Source: an uncultured Gemmatimonadales bacterium | GTDB lineage: Bacteria > Gemmatimonadota > Gemmatimonadetes > Gemmatimonadales > GWC2-71-9 | Length of the DNA: 64,000 nt | Direction: 5' to 3' | NCBI GenBank assembly: GCA_963844035.1 | Contig: CAWJMT010000037.1 | Span: 192,001 to 256,000 of the forward strand | Shown here: positions 10,755-21,289 of the stretch, piece after piece | Numbering within the stretch: the first letter of the stretch is position 1 | Layout of the letters: every line of letters starts with the position of its first letter | Notes under the pieces: model-generated | Seen by the model: only the letters and a program-made list of their open reading frames with translations | Database searches by the model: none | Told to the model about the DNA's origin: nothing | Made by a program: the position numbers and the translations under genes

Positions 10755-13463
10755 TGGACCGCCGGTTGTTCAGGTGCCGGCTTGGGCCGCCACCGCGCGC
10801 AGGGTCCGGCGATCTCCGGCAGCGCGACCTGGTCCACATAGCCGATGAGTGCGGCGAACGTGCCGCATGCTGCTTTCGCTCGCCCGCTGTCTGCCGCGGC
10901 GGTCGCCACGCGCACCACCGCCAGCCGCAGGGGCCAGAGCGATGCGACCAGGTCGAGGGGCACGCTGAGGACGGCGTACCGGTGCGTGGCACGATCCCAC
11001 AGCGCGAGGGACCGGGCGGTGTCGTGCTGTGCGAGCGCCTGCCGCGCGGCGAGATCGAGGCTGAGGCTGGCGGGCAGCGGTGCACTGTCGGCCGCGAGGC
11101 GGCCCAACGCCGCGGCGTGGTCCCCTCGGGCGCCGGTGGCAGCGAGCAGCCAATGCACGGTGGGATCCGGATCCCGGATTGTCGCCGCGGCGGCGAGCCG
11201 GGCGGCCGCGGCGCGCCAGTCGCCGAGTGCGGGGAGGCCCGTCGCCTGCGCGAGCACGAGCCACGAGTCACGCTCGTGGTCGGCCCATGCGCCCGTGGCG
11301 CGTCCGAGCCGCGCGCGGGCGCTGTCCACCCACCCCGCGCGGAGATCCGCAGCCACGCCCATGCGCAGCGCGGTCGCGCGCTCCTGGTCTGTCCCGGCGC
11401 GCTGCTCGAGCGCCCGCAGCACGCGGCGTGCCGAGCCCCGGCGCTGCTCCTCCGTCCCAACCTGAGCCGCCTGAAACGCGAGAAACTCGAGCGCCGTGAA
11501 GCTGTGCTGGTCCACGTGCTTGAGTAACCCGGCGCGGTCGCTGAGCGTGCCGAACACGAGGGTGTCGGCGAGGGCGATCACCTCTGCCACCACGGAGGTC
11601 GAGTCGGTGCTCAGGTATTCGCGGATCAAGTGTTGCGTTTCCCGCTTGTCCTCGCGCAGCAGGTAGGTGAGAGAGACCAGGTGCAAAATCGCCGGCGCGA
11701 ACCGGCGGTCGAGGTCGAGCACGCGCCCGAAGGCGTTCAGCGCCTCGGCTTGCGGCTGATCGAACAGGTTGCCGAAGTGGTACACGAACTCCCCTTGAAC
11801 CAGCCACGCCAGGATGTAGTCCGGCGCCCGCTCGGTGGCGCGCTTGAAACGTTCGGCCGCTTCCCAGCCGTTGCCGCGTTGCACGAGCAGGCGAAACCCC
11901 TCGAGCAGCAGGCTGTCCACCGGCGAGAGGCCCGACTGATGGCTCCACGCTCCGGCGAGCGCGGCACCGAAGCCCGCTTCGGACGGGTCCACCTGGGCGG
12001 CCACGAGCGCCAACCGCAGGCGCGCCATGGCGAATCCCGAGTCGGCTTCGGTGACGCGCTGGTATCCCTCCTGGGCGGCACGGTAGTTACCGCTGCGAAA
12101 CGCTTCCTCGGCGTTGAAGAACGCCGCGATCGCTTCCTTACCACGTGGTATCGTGCCATAGGCGTTGGGGGCGAAGTCGGGCAGGATCTTTGCCCACACA
12201 CGGTCCATGACGTCCGACACCGCCCCGACCGGCCCCGATGCCGTACCGCTGCGCCTGACTTTGCTGTTCGAGGCGCTGTACAGCGTGGCGGTGATGGTCA
12301 CGGTCGCCGTCCGTGAACGCCACGCTGCCCTGGAGGAAGTACGTGGCGTGGAGCCGCTTGGCCACGACCTCCGCTTCACCGTTCGAGACCGGCTCCGAGC
12401 CAACTTGCGCGACGAGCTTTCCGAACGACACGACCTCGGCGAGCCCGGGAACCGGACTGAACCGGGAAATGAAGTACGTCGGCAGCTGGGTCGGCGGGTA
12501 GGGAGGCGTGCCCAGGACGGTGAAGGGCATCACCACGAGCGTCGGGACCGTCGACACGGGCGACCCCCAAAACCTGAGCACCAGGCCCGCTGCGATCGAC
12601 GCTGCGACCGCGGCGGCCACCGGCCAGCGAAACCAGCGACGGTGCGGCGCGTGCTCGAGCGGGGCGAGCCAGGCGAGGGCTGTGGGGGGGCGATCCGTCG
12701 GCGCCACTGCCAGCGGGGCCACGATCGCGCCGGCCTGCGCCGCGCTCAGCGCCGGCTGCGCGGCCCGGAGGGTGCGCGCCAGCGCCGGCAGGTCGGTGTC
12801 TAGAAACATCGGCCGCTTTCCGGTCAGGGCCTCGAACGCGACGACGGCCAGCGCGTACAGGTCTGCCCGTCCGTCCAGCTCGGCGCTGCCGGCCATCTGC
12901 TCGGGCGCCATATAGGCCGGCGTGCCTATCGGGCTTCCGGTCGCGGTCAGCGAAGACGTGCCATCCTCCGCCACGCGGGCGATGCCGAAGTCGGCGAGCA
13001 ACGCCCGGCTCGTACCCTCTTCGATCAGGATGTTGGACGGTTTCACATCCCGATGGACGATGCCCCGCTCGTGCGCGAAGTCGAGTGCGGCGCCTACCTC
13101 ACTCAACACGCGGCGCACCATCGAGAGGTCCACTGCCTCGCGCGCCAACACTTCTTCGAAAGTGCGCCCGGGGACGAAGGGCATGATCAGGAAGGTGATG
13201 CCCTTGCGCGTGTCGAATTCGTAGACCGGTACAATGTTGGGATGGGACAGCGAGGCGGCGAGTGCGGCTTCGCGCTTGAAACGGGCCTGGCGCATTTCGC
13301 TGGCCGCGATGACGGGGGGGAGCACCTTGATCGCGACCATGTGCCCCAGGGCGCGATGGCGCGCGCGATATACGGCGCCCATTCCGCCCGCGCCGACAAG
13401 GGCCAATACCTCATACCGTTCTCCGACCGCGCGCTGAACGTCGTCGGGGGGAGGTGTCTTCAT
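10751..13463 (-). CDS. Hanks-type Ser/Thr protein kinase with TM helix and TPR-like C-terminal region (frameshift near 12310)
   Basis: GAGGMG, AIK, HRDVKPSN, DFG, GTPAYMAPE; TM; helical repeats in ORF 10751-12403. Confidence 0.9.
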
Positions 13464-13522
13464 GTGGTCCCGAATCTACGGGTGCTTGCCGCGGGACGCA
13501 TCGGCTCCGATAATCGAGTGCT

Positions 13523-15424
13523 ATGCCCACTCCCAGCGGTGCCTACTGCCGTGTCCTCGGTCCGGCGCGCCTGACGATCAACGGCGCGGACGCGCCGCCC
13601 GAGATTCTCTGGCGCAAGCACCTCGCCTTGCTCGTGTACCTGGCACGCAGCCCGCGTCGCGGGCGGACGCGCGAGCATTTGCTGGGCCTCCTGTGGAGTG
13701 ATCGCGACGAGCGCCAGGCGCGCCACTCTTTGAGCGAGGCGCTGCGCGTCATGCGCCGTACGCTGGGGGACGACGCCGTGCAAGTCGACGTAGATCAAGT
13801 CCGCCTCCACGCCGACGCGGTGACGCTCGACAGCGACGTGCTCGCTGAGCGCTGCGCTCGGGAGGACTGGGCGGGCGCAGCTGCCCTCGTCGAGGGCGAG
13901 TTCCTGGAGGGGCTCTCGCTTCCCGAAGCGAACGAGTTCGAGAATTGGCTGACCGGCGAGCGGGCCGAGTGGAACGGACGGAGCGTGGGAGCGATCGTGC
14001 GGCACGCCGAATCCCTGCTGGCCGCGGGTGACACTGTCGTGGCGGCGGGGGAGGCGCGGCGCGCACTCGCGCTCGATCGCACGGCGGAGCCGGCAGCGCG
14101 CGCGCTAATGCGAGCGCTCGCCCTGATGGGCGACCGGGCTGGAGCGCTGCGCGTCGCCGATGAGCTCACCCGCGCCATCGCCGACGGCGTGGGCGCTGCG
14201 CCGTCTCCGGAGACGGCGCGCCTGGCCGAGCGAATCCGCGAGGCGCGCGTCGGCCGTCGCGTCGCGGCGGCGGTGCCGGCGGCTCGACCTCGCCCGCCGC
14301 TGGTTGGGCGGACAACCGAGTTGACCGCCCTCGGTGTTGCATGGAGCCGCAGCCGTGCCGGTGAAGGCCAAGTTGTTCTCATCGAAGGCGAGCCTGGAGA
14401 AGGGAAGTCACGACTGCTCGATGAGCTCGTGGCGCGTGCACGGCTCGATGACGCCACCGTGGCGGTGGCACGCGCGGTGCCCGCGGATCGCGCCGTCGCG
14501 TGGAGCGGGCTCGCCGGCCTGCTCGCTGGTGGCCTCGCGGATGCCCCCGGGCTCGCGGGAACGGCGCCCGCCGCCCTCGCCGCGCTCGCCACACTCGATT
14601 CCGACCTTGCGGCGCGCGCCGGTAGCGGGTCCTCGGGCGCCCTCGCGATGCCCGCTGCCCTGTCCGCCGCGGTCAGCGCCGCGGCCGAAGAACGCCCTTT
14701 GCTCCTTGCCCTGGACGATGCCCAGTGGCTCGATCCCCAAACTCTGGCGCTGTTGCCCGGCCTGGCGCGCGACACCGCGCGGGGGCCGGTGCTACTCGCA
14801 CTCGGCGTGACGCGGGGCGCACCCGATGACGCTCGGTTTGACGAACTTCGCGGCCGCCTCCAGCGCGACCTCCAGGGCAGCGTTGTGCGCCTGGGTCGCC
14901 TCGACGAGGCGGCGCTTCGTGCGCTCATCGTTTGGGCCCTGCCGCAGTACCGTCCTGAAGATGTCGATCGGTTGCTGCGACGCCTCGAGCGTGACACCGC
15001 GGGGCTGCCGCTGCTCGCCGTGGCGATGCTCGAAGCGGTGGCGCAGGGGTTTCAGATCCAACCGGACGCGCCGGCGTGGCCGGCGGCGCAGCGCACGCTC
15101 GTGGACTCGCTCCCCAACGACCTCCCGCCGGCGGTGGTAGGGACGATCTGCCTGCGGTTCCGGAATCTCCCGCCGGAGGCCAAGCTGGTTCTCGGCGCGA
15201 CGGTGGCCCTGGCCGAGCGGGTCGAAGCGGCTGCCCTGGCCGCTGCTACGGGGCTCGACCCGCACGCGGTCGCGCACGCGCTCGATTTGCTCGAATGGGA
15301 GCGATGGGTGGCCGTCGACGCCCGGGGGTACATGTTGAGCACACCCGTTGTCGGTGCCATCTTGCAACAGGAGATGATCTCCCCCGGCCAGGCGCGCCGC
15401 TACCGTGCGGCCGCCAGGTCCTGA
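13523..15424 (+). CDS. BTAD-domain transcriptional regulator with AAA ATPase domain
   Basis: LALLVYLA..REHLLGLLW, GEFLEGL..FENWL, RALALD..LMRALA; Walker A GEPGEGKS; LDDAQWLD. Confidence 0.85.
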   Translation: MPTPSGAYCRVLGPARLTINGADAPPEILWRKHLALLVYLARSPRRGRTREHLLGLLWSDRDERQARHSLSEALRVMRRTLGDDAVQVDVDQVRLHADAVTLDSDVLAERCAREDWAGAAALVEGEFLEGLSLPEANEFENWLTGERAEWNGRSVGAIVRHAESLLAAGDTVVAAGEARRALALDRTAEPAARALMRALALMGDRAGALRVADELTRAIADGVGAAPSPETARLAERIREARVGRRVAAAVPAARPRPPLVGRTTELTALGVAWSRSRAGEGQVVLIEGEPGEGKSRLLDELVARARLDDATVAVARAVPADRAVAWSGLAGLLAGGLADAPGLAGTAPAALAALATLDSDLAARAGSGSSGALAMPAALSAAVSAAAEERPLLLALDDAQWLDPQTLALLPGLARDTARGPVLLALGVTRGAPDDARFDELRGRLQRDLQGSVVRLGRLDEAALRALIVWALPQYRPEDVDRLLRRLERDTAGLPLLAVAMLEAVAQGFQIQPDAPAWPAAQRTLVDSLPNDLPPAVVGTICLRFRNLPPEAKLVLGATVALAERVEAAALAAATGLDPHAVAHALDLLEWERWVAVDARGYMLSTPVVGAILQQEMISPGQARRYRAAARS

Positions 15425-15492
15425 TGCGTCCTTGATGTTGGCTTGAACCCCCGGACGCACCGTGTCTCCGAACCTTCGAGCGAAGGAGACCG

Positions 15493-16914
15493 ATGCGCTC
15501 CCACGATGCACCCGACGCCCGTCGGGCCGTACTGATCCTGATCGACGGGGCCCGGCCCGATGTTCTCCAGACACTCCTCGACCGCGGCGATATGCCGCAT
15601 CTCGCTCGCTGGGTGATCGAACCCGGTGGGATCACGACCGGCACGACCGTATTCCCGTCGACCACCGGCGTTGCATACGTCCCGCTCCTCTTTGGACGCT
15701 ATCCCGGCGCGCTCGACATCCCGGGGATCCGGTGGCTCGACCGCGCGGGTGCCACCGGCGGTGTGCGCGAGCGGTGGCGCGCCGCCCGGAGCTACTGCGG
15801 TCCGCAGGCAGCGTGGATCAATCGCGACATCGCCCCTGCGGCTTCGGTGTTCGACCTGGTGGGCGAGAGTCTCGCGATCTGCACCCCGATTACGCGCGGA
15901 CTCCGTCCCGGTGCGCACCTGATGCCGCTCACGCGTGCCGCGCTCGGCGCGTCGGCTCACTACCTCGGCACGTACGGGCCGCTCGACCGCGCGGTTGCCG
16001 CGACATGGCTCGCCACGGCCGCACGGCCGTGGCGGTTCCTGTTCGTCGTGTTCCCCGGCCCCGACGGATTCACCCATCTCTACGACCCCTGGCATCCCAC
16101 CGTGCTCGACTCGTACCGCCACATTGATCGCGCGCTCGGGCGGTTCGTCGCGGCAGCGCGGCGCCACGGCGACCTGCCGGCGTTCTTCGTGGCTTCGGAT
16201 CACGGCGCGAGCGCCATGCCGGAGCATTGCGATATTGCCATGACCCTGGAGCGGTGGGGGGTGCCCACCATGCGGCATCCGCTGCATCTGTGGCGGCGCG
16301 GGGCGCAAGCGGCGGTCATGGTTTCGGGGAACGCATGCGCCCACGTGTACTTCCCCTCCGGAGACCGCGAGCTAGCCGAGCGCCTCACTCGCGCGCTGGT
16401 CGAGCTGCCGGCCGTGCGGCTCGGAGCGTTCCGCGACCCGCGCGGCGGCGTGATCGTGGCGCGGGGCGCACGCCGCGGGCGACTGTTCGAGCAGGGGAGC
16501 CGCATCGGGTACGAACCCTGGCTCGGCGATCCCCTCGGGTTGGGCAATGCGGATGTCCTGCTCGACGACCGCGACATGCTCGAGTGCTCGCGCGGTACCG
16601 ATCTGCCGGACGCCCCGCGACAGATTCTCCAGCTTTTCCGATCGGCGCGGGCCGGCGATCTCGTGCTGGCCGCGGCGCCCGGCGCCGACTTCCGGGGCCC
16701 CTGGGAAATTCCGGAGCACCGCTCGGGCCACGGCAGCCTGATCGCGGAGCACATGCAGGTCCCGATCGCCGCGAGCATCCCGCTCCCGCCAACGGCTCTG
16801 CGCACCGTCGATCTGATGCCTACGATCCTCGAGACCCTGGGGGTCGAGGCCCCCCACGATCTCGACGGCGTGCCGTTCTCGCGGCTGCTGGCAGTGGAAG
16901 GAGCGATCGTATGA
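15493..16914 (+). CDS. Alkaline phosphatase superfamily (type I phosphodiesterase/NPP) protein
   Basis: LILIDG, TVFPSTT (catalytic Ser/Thr region), DGFTH, SDHG, HRSGHGSL, RTVDLMPTIL. Confidence 0.82.
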   Translation: MRSHDAPDARRAVLILIDGARPDVLQTLLDRGDMPHLARWVIEPGGITTGTTVFPSTTGVAYVPLLFGRYPGALDIPGIRWLDRAGATGGVRERWRAARSYCGPQAAWINRDIAPAASVFDLVGESLAICTPITRGLRPGAHLMPLTRAALGASAHYLGTYGPLDRAVAATWLATAARPWRFLFVVFPGPDGFTHLYDPWHPTVLDSYRHIDRALGRFVAAARRHGDLPAFFVASDHGASAMPEHCDIAMTLERWGVPTMRHPLHLWRRGAQAAVMVSGNACAHVYFPSGDRELAERLTRALVELPAVRLGAFRDPRGGVIVARGARRGRLFEQGSRIGYEPWLGDPLGLGNADVLLDDRDMLECSRGTDLPDAPRQILQLFRSARAGDLVLAAAPGADFRGPWEIPEHRSGHGSLIAEHMQVPIAASIPLPPTALRTVDLMPTILETLGVEAPHDLDGVPFSRLLAVEGAIV

Positions 16915-17630
16915 GCCCCCTCGTCCGCGTCTTGTCCCGGCGGCGGGGCACTCCCGAATGGGACGTCGTCTTGCGCGCCACCGGCGTGCTCGCTGTGCTC
17001 GCCATCTATCCCGCCCTGCACTGGCCGAGCGTTGCGGGAATTCTCGGCTTCTTGTGTCTGACGTTGTTCGTGAGCGGGCCGATCTCCGTGGTGCTGCCGG
17101 CTGCGTTCGAGCCGATGCTCATGGTGGCGGGCCGGCTCTACCCACCGCTCCTCGTGGCGCTGGTGGCGGTCGCCGGCAATCTCTACATGGACTACATCAA
17201 CTACCACCTGTACGGCGCGGCGCTGCACCACCCCCGCCTCGAGCGCGCGCGTAACTCCCGGCTCGTGCAGCGCTTGCTGGCGCTGTTTCAGCGGCGGCCG
17301 TTCTTTGCCGTGTGGCTGTGCTCGTGGAGCCCGATTCCGTACTGGATTGTGGCGGCGCTCGCGCCGCTGTCGCGTTACCCGATGACGAAGTTCCTGCTGG
17401 CAACGTTGCTCGGGCGGTTCCCCCGCGTCTGGTTTTTCGCGGCGATCGGGCTAGTGGTGCCCGTGGACACGCGAACGCTGGTCCTGTATGTGGTCGCGGC
17501 CATCGCGGTGGGCCTCGTCATCGTGACTTACCAGCGCCACCGTGCCGCCCTGGCGCGGTCAGCGTCTCTGGTGACAGAACGGCGGTTGCTCGTGTCGGAC
17601 AGCATGGCGGAGGAGGGCTTGGTGACCTAA
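16911..17630 (+). CDS. VTT/DedA-family membrane protein
   Basis: Hydrophobic; AVAGNLYMDYINYHL, SPIPY, FLLATLLGRFPR; ATG overlaps the upstream stop. Confidence 0.75.
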   Translation: MSPLVRVLSRRRGTPEWDVVLRATGVLAVLAIYPALHWPSVAGILGFLCLTLFVSGPISVVLPAAFEPMLMVAGRLYPPLLVALVAVAGNLYMDYINYHLYGAALHHPRLERARNSRLVQRLLALFQRRPFFAVWLCSWSPIPYWIVAALAPLSRYPMTKFLLATLLGRFPRVWFFAAIGLVVPVDTRTLVLYVVAAIAVGLVIVTYQRHRAALARSASLVTERRLLVSDSMAEEGLVT

Positions 17631-17653
17631 GGACTCCCTGTTACCATTGCTTC

Positions 17654-18730
17654 GTGCTGCGACCGATCTTTTGGTGTTCGGGACTCCTGCTGCTCGCTGC
17701 GATCCCCGAGCCCCGCCCCCGGCCCGACCACGTGCACCCCGCCGCCGCCGCGCGGGCGTTCGTGAGCCGCGAGAAGGGCGAGATCATCATCGAGCTTGCC
17801 CCGGTGGACCTGCCCGCGAACGCCCCGCACGTGTTCCCGCCCATCGCGATCCTCCCGTTGCCCGCCAGCGGCTCGTTATACGGGTTCCGCGTGGAGATGG
17901 TGGACAGCGTCGGCCGCCAGCTGCCGTCGGAGCTGATCCACCACTTCAACTTGATCGACCCGGATCACCGTGAGCTGTTCTTGCCGATCTCCCGCCGCAT
18001 GGTCGCCGCGGGGAAAGAGACCGGGAGCAAGCAGATTCCTTGGCTGCTGTTTGGCTTCCCGGTCCAACGAGGCGAGCGGGTGCTTGCGAGCGCGATGCTC
18101 GCCAACCCGACCGGTGTGTCCTACCGCCAGGCCCGGTGCCGGCTGGTGCTGTTGTACACGCCGGTGAGCCGGCCGTGGCCGCTGTTCAACGCCGAGCCGT
18201 TCCAGATGGACGTCGCGTTTCCGGTGGGTGATAAGTCGTTCGACTTGCCCCCCGGGAGCTTTGCGCGCTCCTACGACGGGAGTCCGGCGGTCCCGGGCAA
18301 GATCGTGGCGATCGGGGGCCACGTGCACGAGCTCGCGCGGCGTCTCGAGTTCGTGGACCTGACGAGCGGCGACACCATCTATTCCGCTGCGCCGATGACC
18401 GACTCGGCGGGCAACATCGTCGGAGTTCCCGTCGCGTACCTGTACGGCGTTACCCGGCTCGGGGCCCGTATTGTCCCGACGCACCGCTACCGCGTGACCG
18501 TGCACTACGAGAATCCCACCGGTCAGGTCATTCCCAACGGCGGCATGGGCGTCGTGGGTGGTTTGTTCGTTCCGGATCGCGGGACGCACTGGCCGGCCAC
18601 CAATCCCTCCGATTCCCTGTACGCCAAGGACCTGCGGCACGCGATGCGACAAGTCGCGGGTCCGGGGATGATGATGGGCCACTCCCATTCATCGATGCAC
18701 CAGCACGGTGCGCCGAATCACAAGCACTAG
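17654..18730 (+). CDS. Secreted protein resembling copper type II (PHM-like) monooxygenases
   Basis: Signal peptide; IHHFN, GGHVH, GGMG; His/Met-rich tail. Confidence 0.45.
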   Translation: MLRPIFWCSGLLLLAAIPEPRPRPDHVHPAAAARAFVSREKGEIIIELAPVDLPANAPHVFPPIAILPLPASGSLYGFRVEMVDSVGRQLPSELIHHFNLIDPDHRELFLPISRRMVAAGKETGSKQIPWLLFGFPVQRGERVLASAMLANPTGVSYRQARCRLVLLYTPVSRPWPLFNAEPFQMDVAFPVGDKSFDLPPGSFARSYDGSPAVPGKIVAIGGHVHELARRLEFVDLTSGDTIYSAAPMTDSAGNIVGVPVAYLYGVTRLGARIVPTHRYRVTVHYENPTGQVIPNGGMGVVGGLFVPDRGTHWPATNPSDSLYAKDLRHAMRQVAGPGMMMGHSHSSMHQHGAPNHKH

Positions 18731-18775
18731 GCCGCGCCGCCTCGCTTTCGTTTCCACCCGCCTGCGGGAGTTCTG

Positions 18776-19501
18776 ATGAGCGGGGCCGCCGTGGTGCTGT
18801 TCGACTTCGGCGGGACCCTCGACGCGGACGGCATTCACTGGGCTCCGCGGTTCCATGCGGCGTATCGCACCGGCGGTGGGACCGTCGATTACCCGGCATT
18901 TGAGCTGCTCTATCGCACCGCCGACCATGCGCTCGCCGGTCAGGCGGGGATCCGCACGCGGGGATTCCGCGAGGTGATCGAGCTGCAGACGCAGCTCGTG
19001 CTCGCGCTGCTCCCGGATGGCGCGAACATAGACGCCGCACAGGTGGCCGGCACCTTCCATCATGATGCGCTGGCGGTGGTGGCCCGCAACCGTCCGATCT
19101 TGGAGCGCCTCAGCGCGCGCTACCGGTTGGGGGTGGTGTCGAACTTCAGCGGCAACCTCGAGCCATGTCTGCAGGAGCTCGATCTGCGACGCTACTTCTC
19201 GGTGGTCGCGGACTCCGCCGTCGTAGGGCTTACGAAACCGGATTTCCGGATTTTTGCCGGCGCATTGAGCGTACTCGATGCGCCCGCCGCAGGCGCCTGG
19301 ATGGTGGGAGACAACTTCGAGGCCGATATCCGCCCGGCGACCGAGTTGGGGATGTTCACCTGCTGGCTGGGACCGCTCGAGCGACCGCTCCCCATGCGGG
19401 CGGTCCCTACCGTGCGTATCGCGCGCTTCTCGGACCTGGAGGAAGCACTGCAGGTGGACGCCGGGTCGCGGCCGCCCGATCCCACCACACACCGCGGTTG
19501 A
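18776..19501 (+). CDS. HAD-family hydrolase
   Basis: LFDFGGTLD, VVSN, KPD, MVGDNFEADI. Confidence 0.88.
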   Translation: MSGAAVVLFDFGGTLDADGIHWAPRFHAAYRTGGGTVDYPAFELLYRTADHALAGQAGIRTRGFREVIELQTQLVLALLPDGANIDAAQVAGTFHHDALAVVARNRPILERLSARYRLGVVSNFSGNLEPCLQELDLRRYFSVVADSAVVGLTKPDFRIFAGALSVLDAPAAGAWMVGDNFEADIRPATELGMFTCWLGPLERPLPMRAVPTVRIARFSDLEEALQVDAGSRPPDPTTHRG

Positions 19502-20321
19502 GCGAGATCATCACCGCGGCCGCCACGAGGATTCCGCAGAGGGCGTCTACGCCGTAGTGGAACTGGCCGTACACCACCCCCAGGACGAGGCCGGTGGTGA
19601 GCGGCGCGAGCGCGAGCCCGAGCGGGCGCCAAAACCGCAGGGCGCACACGGTGGCGACCAGGGACGCGGCGACATGCGACGACGGAAACGCCGCTCCCCA
19701 CGAATCCGCCCCGTTGAGCAGCCACTGCGCCGCGCGCGCCGGCCAGACTTCGGTCGCCGCATTGTGCGCCAGGGGGAACGCGTAGCGCGGCCCCGTCACG
19801 GGAAAGAAGAGGGACACGAGGTAGCAGAAGTAGAGCGTCGTCATGATGGCGAAGATCGTGAGCCGCGCCCCTTCGCGCCGGCCGCTCGCCCACTGGCCGA
19901 GCGGTGCCGCAACCAGGATCGCGAAGTACGACAGGTAGCAGGAGTGGAGTACCGAGGAGAGCAGGGGATTCGGCATCGCGCGGATCCAGCGATAGGACAC
20001 CTGCATTCCGAACACCATCTGCTCGAGCTCCTGGATCGCGGCATCGTGGTGATGTCCGAAGCCCAGATTGAGCACGCCGATCTCCGCATACAGCGCGGTC
20101 ACCATGATGATGGAATACCACTCGGCCATGAACTGCCCGAACGGGCCGGCCTGGCGCAGGCGGGGCGCAAGCAGCACTACGCTGACCACCAGGACGTGGG
20201 CGGTGAGCAGCCACGCCGCGGCGCGGTCGGCGCGGCCGAACAGGAGCAGGGCCGTCGTCGTGCCGGTCACGTACAGCAGCGTGGCGATGTCGATCGGAGC
20301 GAACCGCCTGGCGAGGTTCAC
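19407..20321 (-). CDS. PAP2-family membrane enzyme, Aur1/IPC-synthase-like
   Basis: FFPVTGPR, AAFPSSHVA, VVYGQFHYGVD; GTG overlaps the stop of the upstream dehydrogenase; 3' end uncertain. Confidence 0.8.
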   Translation of the reverse strand: MNLARRFAPIDIATLLYVTGTTTALLLFGRADRAAAWLLTAHVLVVSVVLLAPRLRQAGPFGQFMAEWYSIIMVTALYAEIGVLNLGFGHHHDAAIQELEQMVFGMQVSYRWIRAMPNPLLSSVLHSCYLSYFAILVAAPLGQWASGRREGARLTIFAIMTTLYFCYLVSLFFPVTGPRYAFPLAHNAATEVWPARAAQWLLNGADSWGAAFPSSHVAASLVATVCALRFWRPLGLALAPLTTGLVLGVVYGQFHYGVDALCGILVAAAVMISLNRGVWWDRAAATRRPPAVLPPGPRSARYAR

Positions 20322-21289
20322 GTGAGCCAGCCCTCGCGCCGGTACCAGGCCGCCGTGCGGCCCAGCCCGGTCTCGAGATCGATCCGCGCCTGCCACCCGG
20401 CGTCCGCCCGCAGTGCGTCGGCGCGGCAGGTCCAGGCTGGGGCGAGGAACTCCGCGGCGCGCTCCGACGAAATCACGCTCGCGCGGCCGATCAGGCTTGC
20501 CAGCGATCCTATGGCCCACATCGCCGCGCGGGCGACGGGCACCGGCAGTGGCACGAAGCGCAGCGTCCTCCCGACCGCGTATCCCACCGCGAGGGCGAGC
20601 CGCCGCGCCGTCGTGACGGCGGAGTGCGTCGCGAAGTAGACGCGGCCGGCCGTCCGCTCGCTCGTCGCGGCCGCGACCAGAGCGTCCGCCACATCGGCGC
20701 CGTAGATCACCGACAGCTCCTGCGAGCCGTCGCCGAACAGCGGCACGATCCCGCCTTTCGCCAGCTTGAAGAGCCGGAGCAACGCCTCGTCCCACTCGCC
20801 GTACACCACCGGGGGCCGCACGATGGTCCACGGGAACGGAGCGGTTGGCAGGAGCTGCTCACCGGCGAGCTTGCTCTTGCCGTACGGAGTGACAGGTCGG
20901 GGAGGATGGGATTCGTCGATCGCGACGCCCGGGACCGTGGGACCCGCGGCCGCGATCGACGACACCAGCACGAAGCGGCGCGGCGGCTGTGCTGCCGCGG
21001 CCTCCAACACCCGGGCGGTCCCGTCGCGGTTCGCGCGCATGAACTCCTGCAGGTTGCGTGCGGCGATCAGGCCTGCGAGATGATAGATCACGTCTGCTCC
21101 CGCGCATCCCTCCCGCAGCGCCGCGGCATCACTCAGGTCGCCTCGCACCAGGCGGACGCCGCTCCAGCCGCGCAACGCCGCCTTGGCCGGCGAACGCACC
21201 AGGCAGCTCACCTCGTCGCCGCGCGCGACCAGCGCACTGACGAGGTGGGTGCCCAGAAATCCCGTGGCACCCGTGACAAACACTCTCAC
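20318..21289 (-). CDS. NAD(P)-dependent epimerase/dehydratase (extended SDR); candidate ceramide/3-ketosphingoid reductase
   Basis: TGATGFLG, HLAG, SSIAA, YGKSK, RPPVVYG. Confidence 0.85.
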   Translation of the reverse strand: MRVFVTGATGFLGTHLVSALVARGDEVSCLVRSPAKAALRGWSGVRLVRGDLSDAAALREGCAGADVIYHLAGLIAARNLQEFMRANRDGTARVLEAAAAQPPRRFVLVSSIAAAGPTVPGVAIDESHPPRPVTPYGKSKLAGEQLLPTAPFPWTIVRPPVVYGEWDEALLRLFKLAKGGIVPLFGDGSQELSVIYGADVADALVAAATSERTAGRVYFATHSAVTTARRLALAVGYAVGRTLRFVPLPVPVARAAMWAIGSLASLIGRASVISSERAAEFLAPAWTCRADALRADAGWQARIDLETGLGRTAAWYRREGWLT

